Part shown: in pieces, positions 26,965-36,850 of the stretch | How the letters are laid out: each line of letters opens with the position of its first letter | Numbering within the stretch: position 1 is the first letter of the stretch | Origin: Candidatus Latescibacterota bacterium | GTDB lineage: Bacteria > Latescibacterota > UBA2968 > UBA8231 | DNA: 64,000 nt | Direction: 5' to 3' | Assembly: GCA_965208105.1 (NCBI GenBank) | Contig: OZ242318.1 | Location: 1 to 64,000, forward strand | Notes under the pieces: generated by a model | The model's input: only the letters and a program-made list of their open reading frames with translations | Databases searched by the model: none | Told to the model about the DNA's origin: nothing | Position numbers and translations under genes: made by a program

Positions 26965-28170
26965 ATGAGAACTCACGCTTACCTCGACCGCCGCAGATTC
27001 CTCGGAGTGGGCCTGGCTCTGGCATCCTTTCCCCTGGTGGTTTGCGATCCACTGCAAGCCCGCCCGATCCAGGCCGGCAGGCGGGTCCGGCTGCGCCAGT
27101 TGGGGATCGTCACGGGCGTCTTGACCCCCGGGCGGTTCAACGCCATAACCGACGTCGAAGGCGTCGCGGTGGGACACGCCACGCTGATTGCAGGAGAGGG
27201 CCGCCTGCTTCCGGGCGCAGGGCCGGTGCGCACCGGTGTCACCGCGGTCCTGCCCCACCGGGGAAATATCGTCCGCGAACACGTATTCGCCGCAGACCAT
27301 GTCCTCAACGGCAATGGCGAGATGACGGGGGTCGGGTTCGTGCGGCGGACGGGGAGGCTGGCCTCCCCCGTCCTGCTGACCAATACCTCCAGCGTGGGGG
27401 CCGTATACGATGCGGCGATGGGGTATCTTCTGGAGTTGAACCCGGGACTCTTCTCCGGTTCCCTGCACCCGGAGCCGGTAGTGGGCGAGACCTGGGCGGA
27501 CTTTCTCAACGACACGGCCGGGCGTCACCTGCGGCGCCGACACGTCCTGGAGGCGTTGGAGAGTGCCAGCGGGGGGAAGGTGGCGGAAGGCTGTGTGGGG
27601 GGAGGAACAGGGATGCGGGCATTCGGGTTCAAAGCCGGCATCGGCACTGCATCGCGCCTGGTTCCCTGCGATGGCAGGACCTGTACCGTGGGAGTCCTGG
27701 TGCAGGCCAATTTCGGCCGTCGCCCCCAGCTGCGAGTCGCAGGAGTGCCGGTGGGCAGGGAGATTCCGGATTTCCTTCCCGAGCGCGGCGAGACTTCCAA
27801 AAGCAAGTCGCTGTTGGTGGTCATCGCCACGGATGCTCCATTGATTCCAAGGCAGTTGCGGCGTCTCTGCAAGCGCGCTGCCTTGGGGATGGCGCGCACC
27901 GGGGCCATTTCGACTCACGGCAGCGGGGATTTGGCCCTGGCATTTTCCTCGGCGCAGCGGCTTTCCAATGCTCAGGTGCGAAAACTCTCCATGCTGAAAG
28001 ACTCCGCTCTCAGCCAGGTCTTCCAGGGAGTGGTGGAAGCAACTGAAGAGGCCATCCTCAACGCCCTGACCATGGCCTGCACCATGGTTGGTCGCGACGG
28101 AAATACCATCCACGCCTTGCCTCTGGACCGCCTTGTGGATGTCATGCGCAACCACGGCAGGCTGAAGTGA
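26965..28170 (+). CDS. DmpA/P1 (S58) family aminopeptidase with Tat signal
   Basis: DRRRFL twin-arginine motif; NAITDV.GV.VGH, NGNGEMTG, EG.VGGGTGM, K.GIGTASR, ATDAP, HGSGD and EEAILNAL motifs. Confidence 0.9.
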   Translation: MRTHAYLDRRRFLGVGLALASFPLVVCDPLQARPIQAGRRVRLRQLGIVTGVLTPGRFNAITDVEGVAVGHATLIAGEGRLLPGAGPVRTGVTAVLPHRGNIVREHVFAADHVLNGNGEMTGVGFVRRTGRLASPVLLTNTSSVGAVYDAAMGYLLELNPGLFSGSLHPEPVVGETWADFLNDTAGRHLRRRHVLEALESASGGKVAEGCVGGGTGMRAFGFKAGIGTASRLVPCDGRTCTVGVLVQANFGRRPQLRVAGVPVGREIPDFLPERGETSKSKSLLVVIATDAPLIPRQLRRLCKRAALGMARTGAISTHGSGDLALAFSSAQRLSNAQVRKLSMLKDSALSQVFQGVVEATEEAILNALTMACTMVGRDGNTIHALPLDRLVDVMRNHGRLK

Positions 28171-29282
28171 AGCGCCTGCGCGGCCTGGGGTTGGGGGTCG
28201 GGCAGAAAGATCCGGGAACCCACAATGCCATTGTGGACGTGCCCGGGGTAGGCGTCGGTCACGTCCAGATCAGGGAACGCGATCTTTGCACGGGAATTAC
28301 AGTGGTGGCGCCCTACCCCGCTTTAGTGGAGAAGCGCCGATTCTTCGTGGGATTCCACGCCCTGGACGCGGGGAACACCATGACCGGCCTGGGCGTGGGG
28401 GAGGACTTTGGAACCTTGTCCTCGCCCATTGTCCTGGCGCCGGAGCCGGCGGTGGGCCGGCTCTACGATGCGCTGATACAGCATGGCCTGGGGCGCGACC
28501 CCGGGCTCTCCACCTACGCCGGTTGGCCGCCGATGGTGATCGGGGTTGACGATTCCTGGTGGAACCCGGCAGCAGACACCCACCGAGTCGTTGGGGAGGG
28601 GCATCTTCAGCGCGTGCTTCAGGAGATCGGCGGAGTTCCGGTGGTGGAAGGAAACGCCGGAATAGGTTGCGGCCTCTGCGCCTTTGGATACAAGGGAGGG
28701 ATTGGAACCTCGTCGCGGATCGTGAGGGATGGAGAGGGGACCTACTCCCTTGGTGCGCTGGTCGCGGCCAATGGCGGTGCTGCGCAAGGCCTCTGCGTGG
28801 ACCGCTACCCGCTGGCTGCGCATCTCCCGGTGGATGAGGTCCTTCCAGCCCCCTCGCAATCCTTCGCGGCCGTGTTGGCGACGGATGCACCCCTGATTCC
28901 CGGGCAGCTGGACCGCCTTGCAGGACGCGCGGTGTTTGGCATGGTGCGCGTCGGGCTGGCGGATTCCTTCACGCGCGAGGGAGTGGTTCTGGCCTTTTCC
29001 ACCACGGGAATCGTCGGGGAGGGGGAGGGCGAAGGGGCGGTGGAATCGGTCCGGATGGTGGGTGAGGAGACGATGGAGGGCCTCTTCGCCGCGGCAGCGG
29101 AGGCCTGTGAGGAGGCGGTGCTCAACGCGCTGATTGCCGCCGAGCCCCTGGAGGCCGGAGGGCGCAAGATGGCGGCGCTGCCCCTGGGTGACTGGCCGGA
29201 GGCAGTGCGCAAATTCCAGCAGGAGAGAAAGCGATCAGGGCTTCCTGCGGGAGATGCGCCTCGACCTCGAAAGGTGCATTGA
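28167..29282 (+). CDS. Divergent DmpA/P1 (S58) family protein
   Basis: NAIVDVPGV.VGH, KGGIGTSSR, ATDAP and EEAVLNAL motifs; lacks GSGD; GTGA overlap with the upstream paralog. Confidence 0.85.
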   Translation: MKRLRGLGLGVGQKDPGTHNAIVDVPGVGVGHVQIRERDLCTGITVVAPYPALVEKRRFFVGFHALDAGNTMTGLGVGEDFGTLSSPIVLAPEPAVGRLYDALIQHGLGRDPGLSTYAGWPPMVIGVDDSWWNPAADTHRVVGEGHLQRVLQEIGGVPVVEGNAGIGCGLCAFGYKGGIGTSSRIVRDGEGTYSLGALVAANGGAAQGLCVDRYPLAAHLPVDEVLPAPSQSFAAVLATDAPLIPGQLDRLAGRAVFGMVRVGLADSFTREGVVLAFSTTGIVGEGEGEGAVESVRMVGEETMEGLFAAAAEACEEAVLNALIAAEPLEAGGRKMAALPLGDWPEAVRKFQQERKRSGLPAGDAPRPRKVH

Positions 29283-29541
29283 CCCCCGATACAGCCCCCA
29301 TCTTGGAGGAGCCGTGCAGTAGGGCTTCCCGCCTGCGGATGCTACAATTCCGCGAGGGGAATTTTACCCCTGCTGGAAGTCCCTGGCAGGGAGATGGGCC
29401 ATCTTGCCGAGCGCGATTGGATGCCCGCAGCGGTGAAGGCCGGCCCTCGGCGGCGGTTGGATGGCCGGGCGCCATGACGACCGGGGCCCTGTTTTTCCTT
29501 GGAGGGAAAAGCCCATCTCTCGATGGCGGCTGTTCACCAGC

Positions 29542-30927
29542 TTACTCGCGGGCGGCCTGAATCTTGTCAGCTGTCCTCACCGAACCGATGTGCAGGGTGT
29601 CGTAAGCCTGCTGCGAGCTTTTGAACGGTCCCAGGTGCGAGGTGCCGTGCCATTGCAGATTGGTGTGGATGGGATTGGCCCGGCCGGTTTCATTTTCCCG
29701 TCGGGAGATCCAGTTTTCCATGCGTTGTCTCAGGCAGGCGACCACCTGGGCCTCCCTCGGGGCCAAATTGGTCAGTTCGAGGGGGTCCTGGATCAGGTTG
29801 TAGAGTTCGATCTCGGGCTTGAAGTGGAAGTCCGGTTCCAGGGCCACCATGAGCTTCCACTCGGGAGTGCGCCAGCCGTGCTTGCGCATCCAGGTGCACT
29901 CGGTAATGTAGAAATCGGAATAGTTGGAAGCCCGGGCATGCTGGACCAGGGGAATCAGGGAAGTGCCGTCGAAGTGGGCTTCGAAGGGAATTTCGAGCAA
30001 TTCGAGCAGGGTGGGGACCAGATCCTGGTGCAAGGTCATACCCGCCACCCGCCGGCCGGCCGGAAGGGTCCCGGGCAGGCGCAGAATCAGCGGTACGTGC
30101 AAGGTGTTCTCGTACATGCCGTGGTGGTCGAACCAGCACTCGTGCTCGTAGAGGGTCTCGCCGTGGTCGCCGTTGAGCACGATCAGGGTGTGGTCGGCCA
30201 GACCCAGCTCCTCGACGCGGGTGAGGATGCGTTGGATGCAAGCATCCATGTAGGCCACGGCGCCGTCGTACTGGGCAACGATGTATTCCGCGTCCCGTAT
30301 TCCCGGAGGCATCCAGTCCGCGAAGAAATCGCAGAACGGCTTGAAGGACATCACCGGTTCCATGGAGCGGTTTGCCGGATCGAATTCGTCCCCGCTGTAA
30401 AACAGACGCTCGAAGGGCCCCGGCGGCAGATAGGGAGCGTGGGGGTCCATGTGGCGCAAGAACAGGAAGAAGGGTCTGTCCTCCTGGGCGAGGCGTTCCA
30501 ATTCCGGGATCGCCACCTCGTTGAGCTTTTCCGCCTTGGGGCTGCGGCCCTCGGACCACCGGCCCCAGCTGGCATACTCGAGGTAGCGGTCGAAACCGCG
30601 TGAACTGACATTGGAAAGGCCGACGCACGTGGTGTTGTAGCCGGAGCTCCGAAGGATCTCGGGCAGGGTTGCCACCCCGGGCGCCAGCCCTCCCTCGTGG
30701 CGCAGGGCCACCACGTTGGTGGAGAAGCAGTCCAGGCCGGTGAGCATGGAGCTGTAGGCCGAAGTCGTGGGAATGTGAGGGCAGTAATTCTCCTCGAAAA
30801 GCACTCCCTGCTGCGCCAGAAAGTCGATATGGGGCGTGGTCAGGCGTCGATAGCCATGGCAGCTCATGTGGTCCGCGCGCAGGCTGTCGATGCCGAGGAT
30901 GATCAGGTTGAGCTTTTTTGCGGGCAT
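29542..30927 (-). CDS. Sulfatase-like hydrolase (alkaline phosphatase superfamily)
   Basis: IDSLRADH, TPHID, DPHAPY, YDG.V.Y.D, GDHGE and DHHGMYE motifs. Confidence 0.9.
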   Translation of the reverse strand: MPAKKLNLIILGIDSLRADHMSCHGYRRLTTPHIDFLAQQGVLFEENYCPHIPTTSAYSSMLTGLDCFSTNVVALRHEGGLAPGVATLPEILRSSGYNTTCVGLSNVSSRGFDRYLEYASWGRWSEGRSPKAEKLNEVAIPELERLAQEDRPFFLFLRHMDPHAPYLPPGPFERLFYSGDEFDPANRSMEPVMSFKPFCDFFADWMPPGIRDAEYIVAQYDGAVAYMDACIQRILTRVEELGLADHTLIVLNGDHGETLYEHECWFDHHGMYENTLHVPLILRLPGTLPAGRRVAGMTLHQDLVPTLLELLEIPFEAHFDGTSLIPLVQHARASNYSDFYITECTWMRKHGWRTPEWKLMVALEPDFHFKPEIELYNLIQDPLELTNLAPREAQVVACLRQRMENWISRRENETGRANPIHTNLQWHGTSHLGPFKSSQQAYDTLHIGSVRTADKIQAARE

Positions 30928-31056
30928 GCCGGATTCCGGTTGAACGGGGTTTCACAATCGCGGAGGATGTGGAAATGTATTCCACTGCTCCGGAGAATGT
31001 CAAGACGAGCGGGGGCGGTCGTTCCAGGGAGTAATCGAGAGGGAACTCAGGTAGAT

Positions 31057-32613
31057 TTGCGCTTTTTTGCTCGGGAACCCCGGGAAGGGGAAGCAGGCTG
31101 CCTGTTGGTGAGGTCCTTTTTCCTGCGTCTCCTCGGTTTGATCTATGCGATGGCGTTTCTCTCCCTGTGGGTCCAGATAGAGGGCCTGGCGGGCAGAAAC
31201 GGGATTCTGCCGGTGGCTGAATTTCTGCAGGCGGCCGGCCAGAGCCTGGGAGATACGGCCTGGCTGCGGTTTCCTACCTTGTGCTGGATCAACGCCGGCG
31301 ACGGCATGCTGCACTTTCTCTGTGGCGGAGGTGCAGCATTGGCACTGCTCCTTGTTGTGGGGATAGCTCCTGCCCTGGTCCTGTCGGGTCTATGGGTGTT
31401 CTATCTTTCCCTGGTGGTCGCCTGCAGAGATTTTCTCTCTTTTCAGTGGGATCTGCTGCTGCTGGAAACGGGATTTCTGGCCATCTTTCTCGCACCACTG
31501 CATTTCGGGGCGAAGATGGTTTGGGCGGAGAGACCTTCACGCCTGGTTCTTTGGCTGTTGCGCTGGCTGCTCTTTCGCCTGATGTTTTCCTCCGGTCTCG
31601 TCAAGCTCCTCAGCGGGGATTCCGCCTGGCGCCAGTTGCGCGCCCTCGACTTCCACTACCTGACCCAGCCATTGCCCGCCTGGACGAGTTGGTACGTCCA
31701 TCAATTGCCGGAATGGGCACATGCGGCCTCCGTGGCCGCGGTGTTCGCCCTCGAGCTGGTGGTGCCATTCTCCATTTTTGCTCCGCGAAGGCTGCGCCTG
31801 TGGGGCTGCGCTTTGCTGGTCCTGCTGCAGGTGCTCATTGGTGCCACGGGAAACTATGGCTTTTTCAACCTGCTCACCCTGGCACTGTGCGTTCTGCTCC
31901 TCGACGACCGGGCATTGGGGAAGTTGCGGGTCTCCCCAACTTTCCTGAGGCGTGCTGGAACCCGTTTCCGCTCCCGATTTTCCGCCACGTCCAGGGTCTG
32001 GCGGGATTCCCTGGCTAAACTCAAGGGTCTGCTGCCGCCGCCCCGCCCCTGGCCCCTCTGGGTCCTGGCTCCTCTGGCGGTGGTTATTGTTCTGCTGAGC
32101 GTCGTCCAGATGTGCCATACAGCCCGTATTTCCGGCGGATGGATTGCGCCGCTGGCGCAGATTCATTCCATGGCCAGACCGCTGCGCCTGGTCAACGGGT
32201 ACGGCCTCTTCGCCGTGATGACAACCTCCCGTCCCGAAATAGAGGTGGAGGGGAGCGTCGATGGGAGGACGTGGAAGGTTTACGAGTTCAAGTGGAAGGC
32301 GGGAGATCCACGCCGCGCACCGGCCTTCGTCCAACCCCATATGCCCCGCCTGGACTGGCAGATGTGGTTCGCCGCCCTGGGAACCTACAGGGACAATCCC
32401 TGGTTCCTGAACTTCATCGTGCGGTTGCTCCAGGGCTCGCCGGCGGTGGTGGATTTGCTGGCGGTGAATCCCTTTCCGCGGCAGCCTCCCCTCTACGTCC
32501 GCGCCCGGCTCTACGATTACCGCTTCGCGGGCTGGGACGAAAGGCGCGAGGGAGTATGGTGGAAGAGGCGCCTGAAGGGAACCTACTGTCCTCCGGTCTC
32601 GTTGCGCCGATAA
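31057..32613 (+). CDS. Lipase maturation factor family membrane protein
   Basis: FQWD.LLLETGFL, FRLMFSSG.VK, HY.TQPLP, TGNYGFFN, NGYGLFAVMT and PHMPRLDWQMWF motifs. Start uncertain. Confidence 0.9.
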   Translation: MRFFAREPREGEAGCLLVRSFFLRLLGLIYAMAFLSLWVQIEGLAGRNGILPVAEFLQAAGQSLGDTAWLRFPTLCWINAGDGMLHFLCGGGAALALLLVVGIAPALVLSGLWVFYLSLVVACRDFLSFQWDLLLLETGFLAIFLAPLHFGAKMVWAERPSRLVLWLLRWLLFRLMFSSGLVKLLSGDSAWRQLRALDFHYLTQPLPAWTSWYVHQLPEWAHAASVAAVFALELVVPFSIFAPRRLRLWGCALLVLLQVLIGATGNYGFFNLLTLALCVLLLDDRALGKLRVSPTFLRRAGTRFRSRFSATSRVWRDSLAKLKGLLPPPRPWPLWVLAPLAVVIVLLSVVQMCHTARISGGWIAPLAQIHSMARPLRLVNGYGLFAVMTTSRPEIEVEGSVDGRTWKVYEFKWKAGDPRRAPAFVQPHMPRLDWQMWFAALGTYRDNPWFLNFIVRLLQGSPAVVDLLAVNPFPRQPPLYVRARLYDYRFAGWDERREGVWWKRRLKGTYCPPVSLRR

Positions 32614-32761
32614 CCGGGACCTGTGACAATCCTCCCGGCTGCCGGGGCTATCGCCAACCAGGATAAGGGAGGCTGAACCGTTCTTGGTCGGCACCCTCCC
32701 TTTCGGTTAGATTTGAATGCGCATTCCAAGTGGGATGGCAACCGATGATGGGGGCGTGCTC

Positions 32762-33328
32762 ATGGACGAGAACAAATTGGCCAGGCGAGAGGAAGCGCAG
32801 TCCAGGCGCGACCATATTCCCGCGCCAGTGCGAAGGGATTTGAGCCGGAGGATCTGCGCGCGGGTAATTGCCTGGATCGAACTGCGCGGGGTCGAAACAG
32901 TCATGCTTTACCTGAGCATGCGGAGCGAGGTCGAAACAGACGGCTTGCTCGATTATCTGATCACCGAGGGCAAAACCGTCCTCGCCCCCGTGATGGATGT
33001 GCGGAAGAAATCGCTGATACCCTGTCGCCTGACGGATCCCGCCATTGAACTCGGGACCAATTCTTTCGGGGTGCGGGAACCCGATCTGCGCTTGTGCAGC
33101 CCGTTTCCCCTGGAGGCCATTCGCCTGATCTGCGTGCCTGGACTGGCCTTCGACCGAAGGGGTTACCGCATAGGCTATGGAGGCGGATATTACGATCGCT
33201 TCCTGCCCCGCTGTCCGCAGGCGACCTGGATGGGAATGGCCTTCGAGGCGCAACTAATCGACGATACGCGGCCGCAGGCAAGGGATGTGCCCTTGCATTT
33301 CATTGCGACGGAGCGAAGGGTGCTTTAG
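32762..33328 (+). CDS. 5-formyltetrahydrofolate cyclo-ligase
   Basis: VPGLAFD..GYRIGYGGGYYDRFL motif. Confidence 0.93.
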   Translation: MDENKLARREEAQSRRDHIPAPVRRDLSRRICARVIAWIELRGVETVMLYLSMRSEVETDGLLDYLITEGKTVLAPVMDVRKKSLIPCRLTDPAIELGTNSFGVREPDLRLCSPFPLEAIRLICVPGLAFDRRGYRIGYGGGYYDRFLPRCPQATWMGMAFEAQLIDDTRPQARDVPLHFIATERRVL

Positions 33329-33408
33329 GGTGGGCGCATTTCCTTCCCGCCGGCTGCCATCGGAATCCAGCCTGTCACCCTTGCGCGAATTCGTCCGGAC
33401 TTCCCGCG

Positions 33409-34044
33409 CTATTTGTCGGGCTGTGGAGTGACGCGCAAATACGGCTTGAGGGCTTCGAATCCTTTGGGGAACTTCGCCCTTGCTTCTTCGTCGGTCACCG
33501 CCGGAACCACGATGCAGTCTTCGCCGTCCTGCCAGTTGGCCGGAGTGGCCACGCTGTAGTTGGCGGTCAACTGCAGGGAATCGATCACCCGGAGAATCTC
33601 GTCGAAGTTGCGGCCGGTGGAGGCGGGATAGGTCAGGGTGAGCTTGACCTTCTTGTCGGGTCCGATGACGAAGACCGACCGCACGGTCATGTTGTCCAGG
33701 GCGTTGGGGTGGATCATGTCGTAGAGGTTGGCAACCTTGCGGTCCGGATCTGCGATGAGCGGGAAGTTGACGGTAGTGTTCTGAGTTTCGTTGATATCCC
33801 CGATCCAACTCCTGTGGGAGTCTACCGGGTCGACGCTGAGCCCGATTATTTTCACACCGCGCCTGGAGAACTCATCCTTGATCTTGGATACCGCGCCCAG
33901 TTCGGTGGTGCATACGGGGGTGAAGTCCGCAGGGTGCGAAAAAAGTACCGCCCAGTTGCCGCCGATCCACTCGTGGAAATCGATCGGACCCTCGGTGGTC
34001 TCAGCGCGGAAATCAGGGGCTTCGTCTCCCAGTTGGATAGCCAT
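33409..34044 (-). CDS. 1-Cys peroxiredoxin (Prx6)
   Basis: FSHPADFTPVCTTE, YPASTGRNFDE and ATPANW motifs. Confidence 0.95.
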   Translation of the reverse strand: MAIQLGDEAPDFRAETTEGPIDFHEWIGGNWAVLFSHPADFTPVCTTELGAVSKIKDEFSRRGVKIIGLSVDPVDSHRSWIGDINETQNTTVNFPLIADPDRKVANLYDMIHPNALDNMTVRSVFVIGPDKKVKLTLTYPASTGRNFDEILRVIDSLQLTANYSVATPANWQDGEDCIVVPAVTDEEARAKFPKGFEALKPYLRVTPQPDK

Positions 34045-34129
34045 TTGAGGTCTCCTTGTAGGTGTTGAAGTTTTTGTAATATACTTTAATGGCTTCGACA
34101 ACCGCTGTCAACCAAACAAGGGGGATGAA

Positions 34130-34987
34130 GTGAAGTCTGTTTTCCTGGCCATGGCGGCCGCGGCGTTATTGTGGACCCCTGCTCTCGGATGGTGGGGAGA
34201 CGGACATGGCCTTCTCACCCGCGCCGCTTTCCAGGCGCTGCCCGAGGATGTCCCGGCTTTCTTTCACCACGGAGGAGAAGTGGCCGCCAATGTGGTCTTC
34301 GACGCCGACCTGTTCAAGAACCGGGGGGTGGTTCGGGCGAGAGACGCCGAGCGTCCCGAACACTACTTCGACGTGGAACTGCTGCAGGGGCGCCAGCCGC
34401 CTTCGACGCGCTACGCTTTCCTCCAAATGTGCGCGGCCGAGGGTCTCGATCCCACTGCGGTGGGGCTGGCACCCTATGCGGTGGCTGAGTGGACCGAACG
34501 CCTGATGGTGGCCTTCGCCGAGCACCGCCGCTGGCCGCACAACGCGGCGATTCAAAGCAAGTGCCTTGTGTACGCCGGGTTTGCGGCCCACTATGCCCAG
34601 GACATTTGCCAGCCTTTGCACGTGACCATTCACTATGACGGCCGGGTGGGAGCTGACGGTGAATCCCCTCACTCGGGCATTCACGAAAGAGTGGATGCGC
34701 TGGTCGAAAGGATGGAGTTCGAACCGGAGAATCTGGCCAGGGGCCTGGAGATCGAGGCGGCGGATTCCCTCATGGCTGCCATTCTGGAGACCGTTGCCCA
34801 AAGCCGCGCTCATATCGATCTGGTCTACCGGCTCGAAGGGGAGCTGGTGACCGCCCAGACGCCCCAGGTGCGGGACTTTGCCTGGGAACGAGCTCGTGCT
34901 GCTGCCGGGTTTACGGCCGTGCTCTTCTTGACAGCCTGGGAGAAATCCGCGGAAATAAAATTGCCCTCCTGGCTCGATCGCGAGTAA
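34130..34987 (+). CDS. Secreted S1/P1 nuclease / phospholipase C-fold zinc protein
   Basis: Signal peptide followed by W-W-G-D-G-H; HYFD, HYAQD..QPLH and GIHE..D zinc-ligand motifs. Confidence 0.78.
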   Translation: MKSVFLAMAAAALLWTPALGWWGDGHGLLTRAAFQALPEDVPAFFHHGGEVAANVVFDADLFKNRGVVRARDAERPEHYFDVELLQGRQPPSTRYAFLQMCAAEGLDPTAVGLAPYAVAEWTERLMVAFAEHRRWPHNAAIQSKCLVYAGFAAHYAQDICQPLHVTIHYDGRVGADGESPHSGIHERVDALVERMEFEPENLARGLEIEAADSLMAAILETVAQSRAHIDLVYRLEGELVTAQTPQVRDFAWERARAAAGFTAVLFLTAWEKSAEIKLPSWLDRE

Positions 34988-35003
34988 TCCAGGGCAAGGC
35001 GTC

Positions 35004-36161
35004 TCAAACCGATATGCTGAAACCAGCGCGGTCCCGGACCCCTCGCGCGAAGATATCCGGTTCGACGTCGAAGCCCGTTCCAGGGGTGTCGGGAACCAGG
35101 AGTTTTCCTTCGCTCACCTCCCAGCCTTCCTCTACGAGGCCGGGAACATGGGCGGGGCCTCCTTCGAGCAGGGCGTAGTTGGGAATGGACGCGGCGAAAT
35201 GGGCGTGTGCGTAGCGCTCGATGTAGCTTCCCCAGGTATGGGGGGCGCAGAGGGCTCCCCACCGTTCCAGGCGTCTGGAGACAGCCCGCCACCATGTCAG
35301 GCCGCAGTACCTGAAATCGTGTTGCACCACATTGATGAACCCCCTGGCCACGAGGTCGAAGAAGTAGGGAGGCGGGTGAAATTCTCCGTCCGCAATCATG
35401 GTGTCCCAGTTTCGCTCATCGATGAATTCCTTGAGGGCCCGGTTTAGGGCGGGATCCTCCGCGAAGGGCTCTTCGAACCAGTAGATCCCCACCTCCTCGC
35501 AGGAGCAGAGCAGATCCATGGCCGAGTTGAGAGTGGAGCCCATATTGGCGTCGATGAGAATCTTTGCCGTGGGGCCGGCGGCCTCTCGCACAGTCCGGAC
35601 CGCGAGTGTGTCCCGAGCCAGTCCCTGAGCAGAAGGCATCCACCGGGCCCCTCTTCCGACTTTGATCTTGAAATTGCGATATCCATGCACCTGGCCGCAG
35701 CTGACCTCCTCCCGAAAAATTTCTCGTGCCCGTTCGGGGCTGGCTTCGAGGTCGTCGATGTAGATCGAGCCGTCGTAGAGTTCGACCAGGCGCGAACCTC
35801 TGGCGCCGAGGAGGCGGTAGAGAGGAAGGTCCATGAGGCGGGCGACGAGGTCCCAGAGAGGAAGGTCCACGGGGATGCCTTCTTCCAATGATCCCTCCGG
35901 AAGCCGAAAGACGTCGCCGATTTCTCTGCCCAGAAGTGGCCGAGCCTGCTCGACACTGATGTTGGACCACCCCAGGCCCATGCCCCCGCCCGCGGTGTGG
36001 ATGCGGACCACCGGGTCGGTGACCTCGGGGCCGTGTGTGGGTATGCGCGCGTTGTAGCCGATGACGCGGGGACGCCGGCCGCGAAGCACGGACTTTTCTA
36101 TCCGGACGATGCGCTGGGAGAGTGGAGCCGTATTCAGGGTGAAGTCCTTTTTCCCGTGCAT
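35004..36161 (-). CDS. Mandelate racemase/muconate lactonizing enzyme (enolase superfamily)
   Basis: LWDL.A....PLY.LLG, KIKVG, IDAN, WFEEP, DGE and PH motifs. Start uncertain. Confidence 0.88.
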   Translation of the reverse strand: MHGKKDFTLNTAPLSQRIVRIEKSVLRGRRPRVIGYNARIPTHGPEVTDPVVRIHTAGGGMGLGWSNISVEQARPLLGREIGDVFRLPEGSLEEGIPVDLPLWDLVARLMDLPLYRLLGARGSRLVELYDGSIYIDDLEASPERAREIFREEVSCGQVHGYRNFKIKVGRGARWMPSAQGLARDTLAVRTVREAAGPTAKILIDANMGSTLNSAMDLLCSCEEVGIYWFEEPFAEDPALNRALKEFIDERNWDTMIADGEFHPPPYFFDLVARGFINVVQHDFRYCGLTWWRAVSRRLERWGALCAPHTWGSYIERYAHAHFAASIPNYALLEGGPAHVPGLVEEGWEVSEGKLLVPDTPGTGFDVEPDIFARGVRDRAGFSISV

Positions 36162-36301
36162 TTGACGGACACTCGAAGAGACAGCTAATATGGGCCATGG
36201 CCGCAAGATTGACCAACAAAAACCAAATTGGAGGTCCAGCTTGTGCGCAGGATAGCCGTAGATATCTTTAGCCTGGGCATGATCAAGGAATGGAGGAGTG
36301 T

Positions 36302-36838
36302 ATGAGTGGTGTGGAAAGGGGAAGGCCCGACCGCAACGAGTACTACATGCGTATTGCCATGGCGGTGCGGGCGCGGGCAAACTGCCTGGGCAACCGGGTG
36401 GGAGCCATCCTGGTGCTGGACGACCGCATCATATCAACCGGCTACAACGGCACTCCGGCAGACATGGTCAACTGCACGGATGGAGGCTGCGAGCGCTGCC
36501 TGAACCGGGGCCGGTACGAGTCCGGAAAGGACTACGATCTGTGCATTTGCGTCCATGCCGAGCAGAACGCTCTGCTGTCGGCGGCGCGCTTCGGCATTGC
36601 CACCGAGGGAGCGGTGCTCTATTCCACCATGAGGCCCTGCTTCGGGTGTACCAAGGAGTTGCTGCAGGCCAAGATCAGGGCGGTGTACTACCTGCACGAA
36701 TGGATTTATCCGGATCTGGAAAGGCAGAGGAACTACGCCCATTTACAGGATCAATTCCCCGCCGGCGTCTTTCAGGTGGATATCGAGGACGATGAGGCCT
36801 TGTGGGCGGTGTCTGCCCTGAGGTCGGATACAGGTTAG
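36302..36838 (+). CDS. dCMP deaminase (ComEB-like)
   Basis: TGYNG, HAEQNA and PCFGC zinc motifs. Confidence 0.9.
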   Translation: MSGVERGRPDRNEYYMRIAMAVRARANCLGNRVGAILVLDDRIISTGYNGTPADMVNCTDGGCERCLNRGRYESGKDYDLCICVHAEQNALLSAARFGIATEGAVLYSTMRPCFGCTKELLQAKIRAVYYLHEWIYPDLERQRNYAHLQDQFPAGVFQVDIEDDEALWAVSALRSDTG

Positions 36839-36850
36839 GAGATTGCTTGC

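Noticed and set aside
26035-28155. Long antisense and alternative-frame ORFs (for example 26035-28155, 13440-15422, 36902-38635, 40121-41803, 44544-46184)
   Set aside because: Shadow ORFs of real genes caused by high GC3; no recognisable motifs.
32614-32761. Possible 6S RNA upstream of the 5-formyl-THF cyclo-ligase gene
   Set aside because: Only a short GGGAGG/CCTCCC hairpin is visible and the gap is short for a 6S rod. An Infernal search would be needed.
36839-36850. glmS ribozyme
   Set aside because: Only 12 nt separate glmS from the upstream gene, leaving no room.
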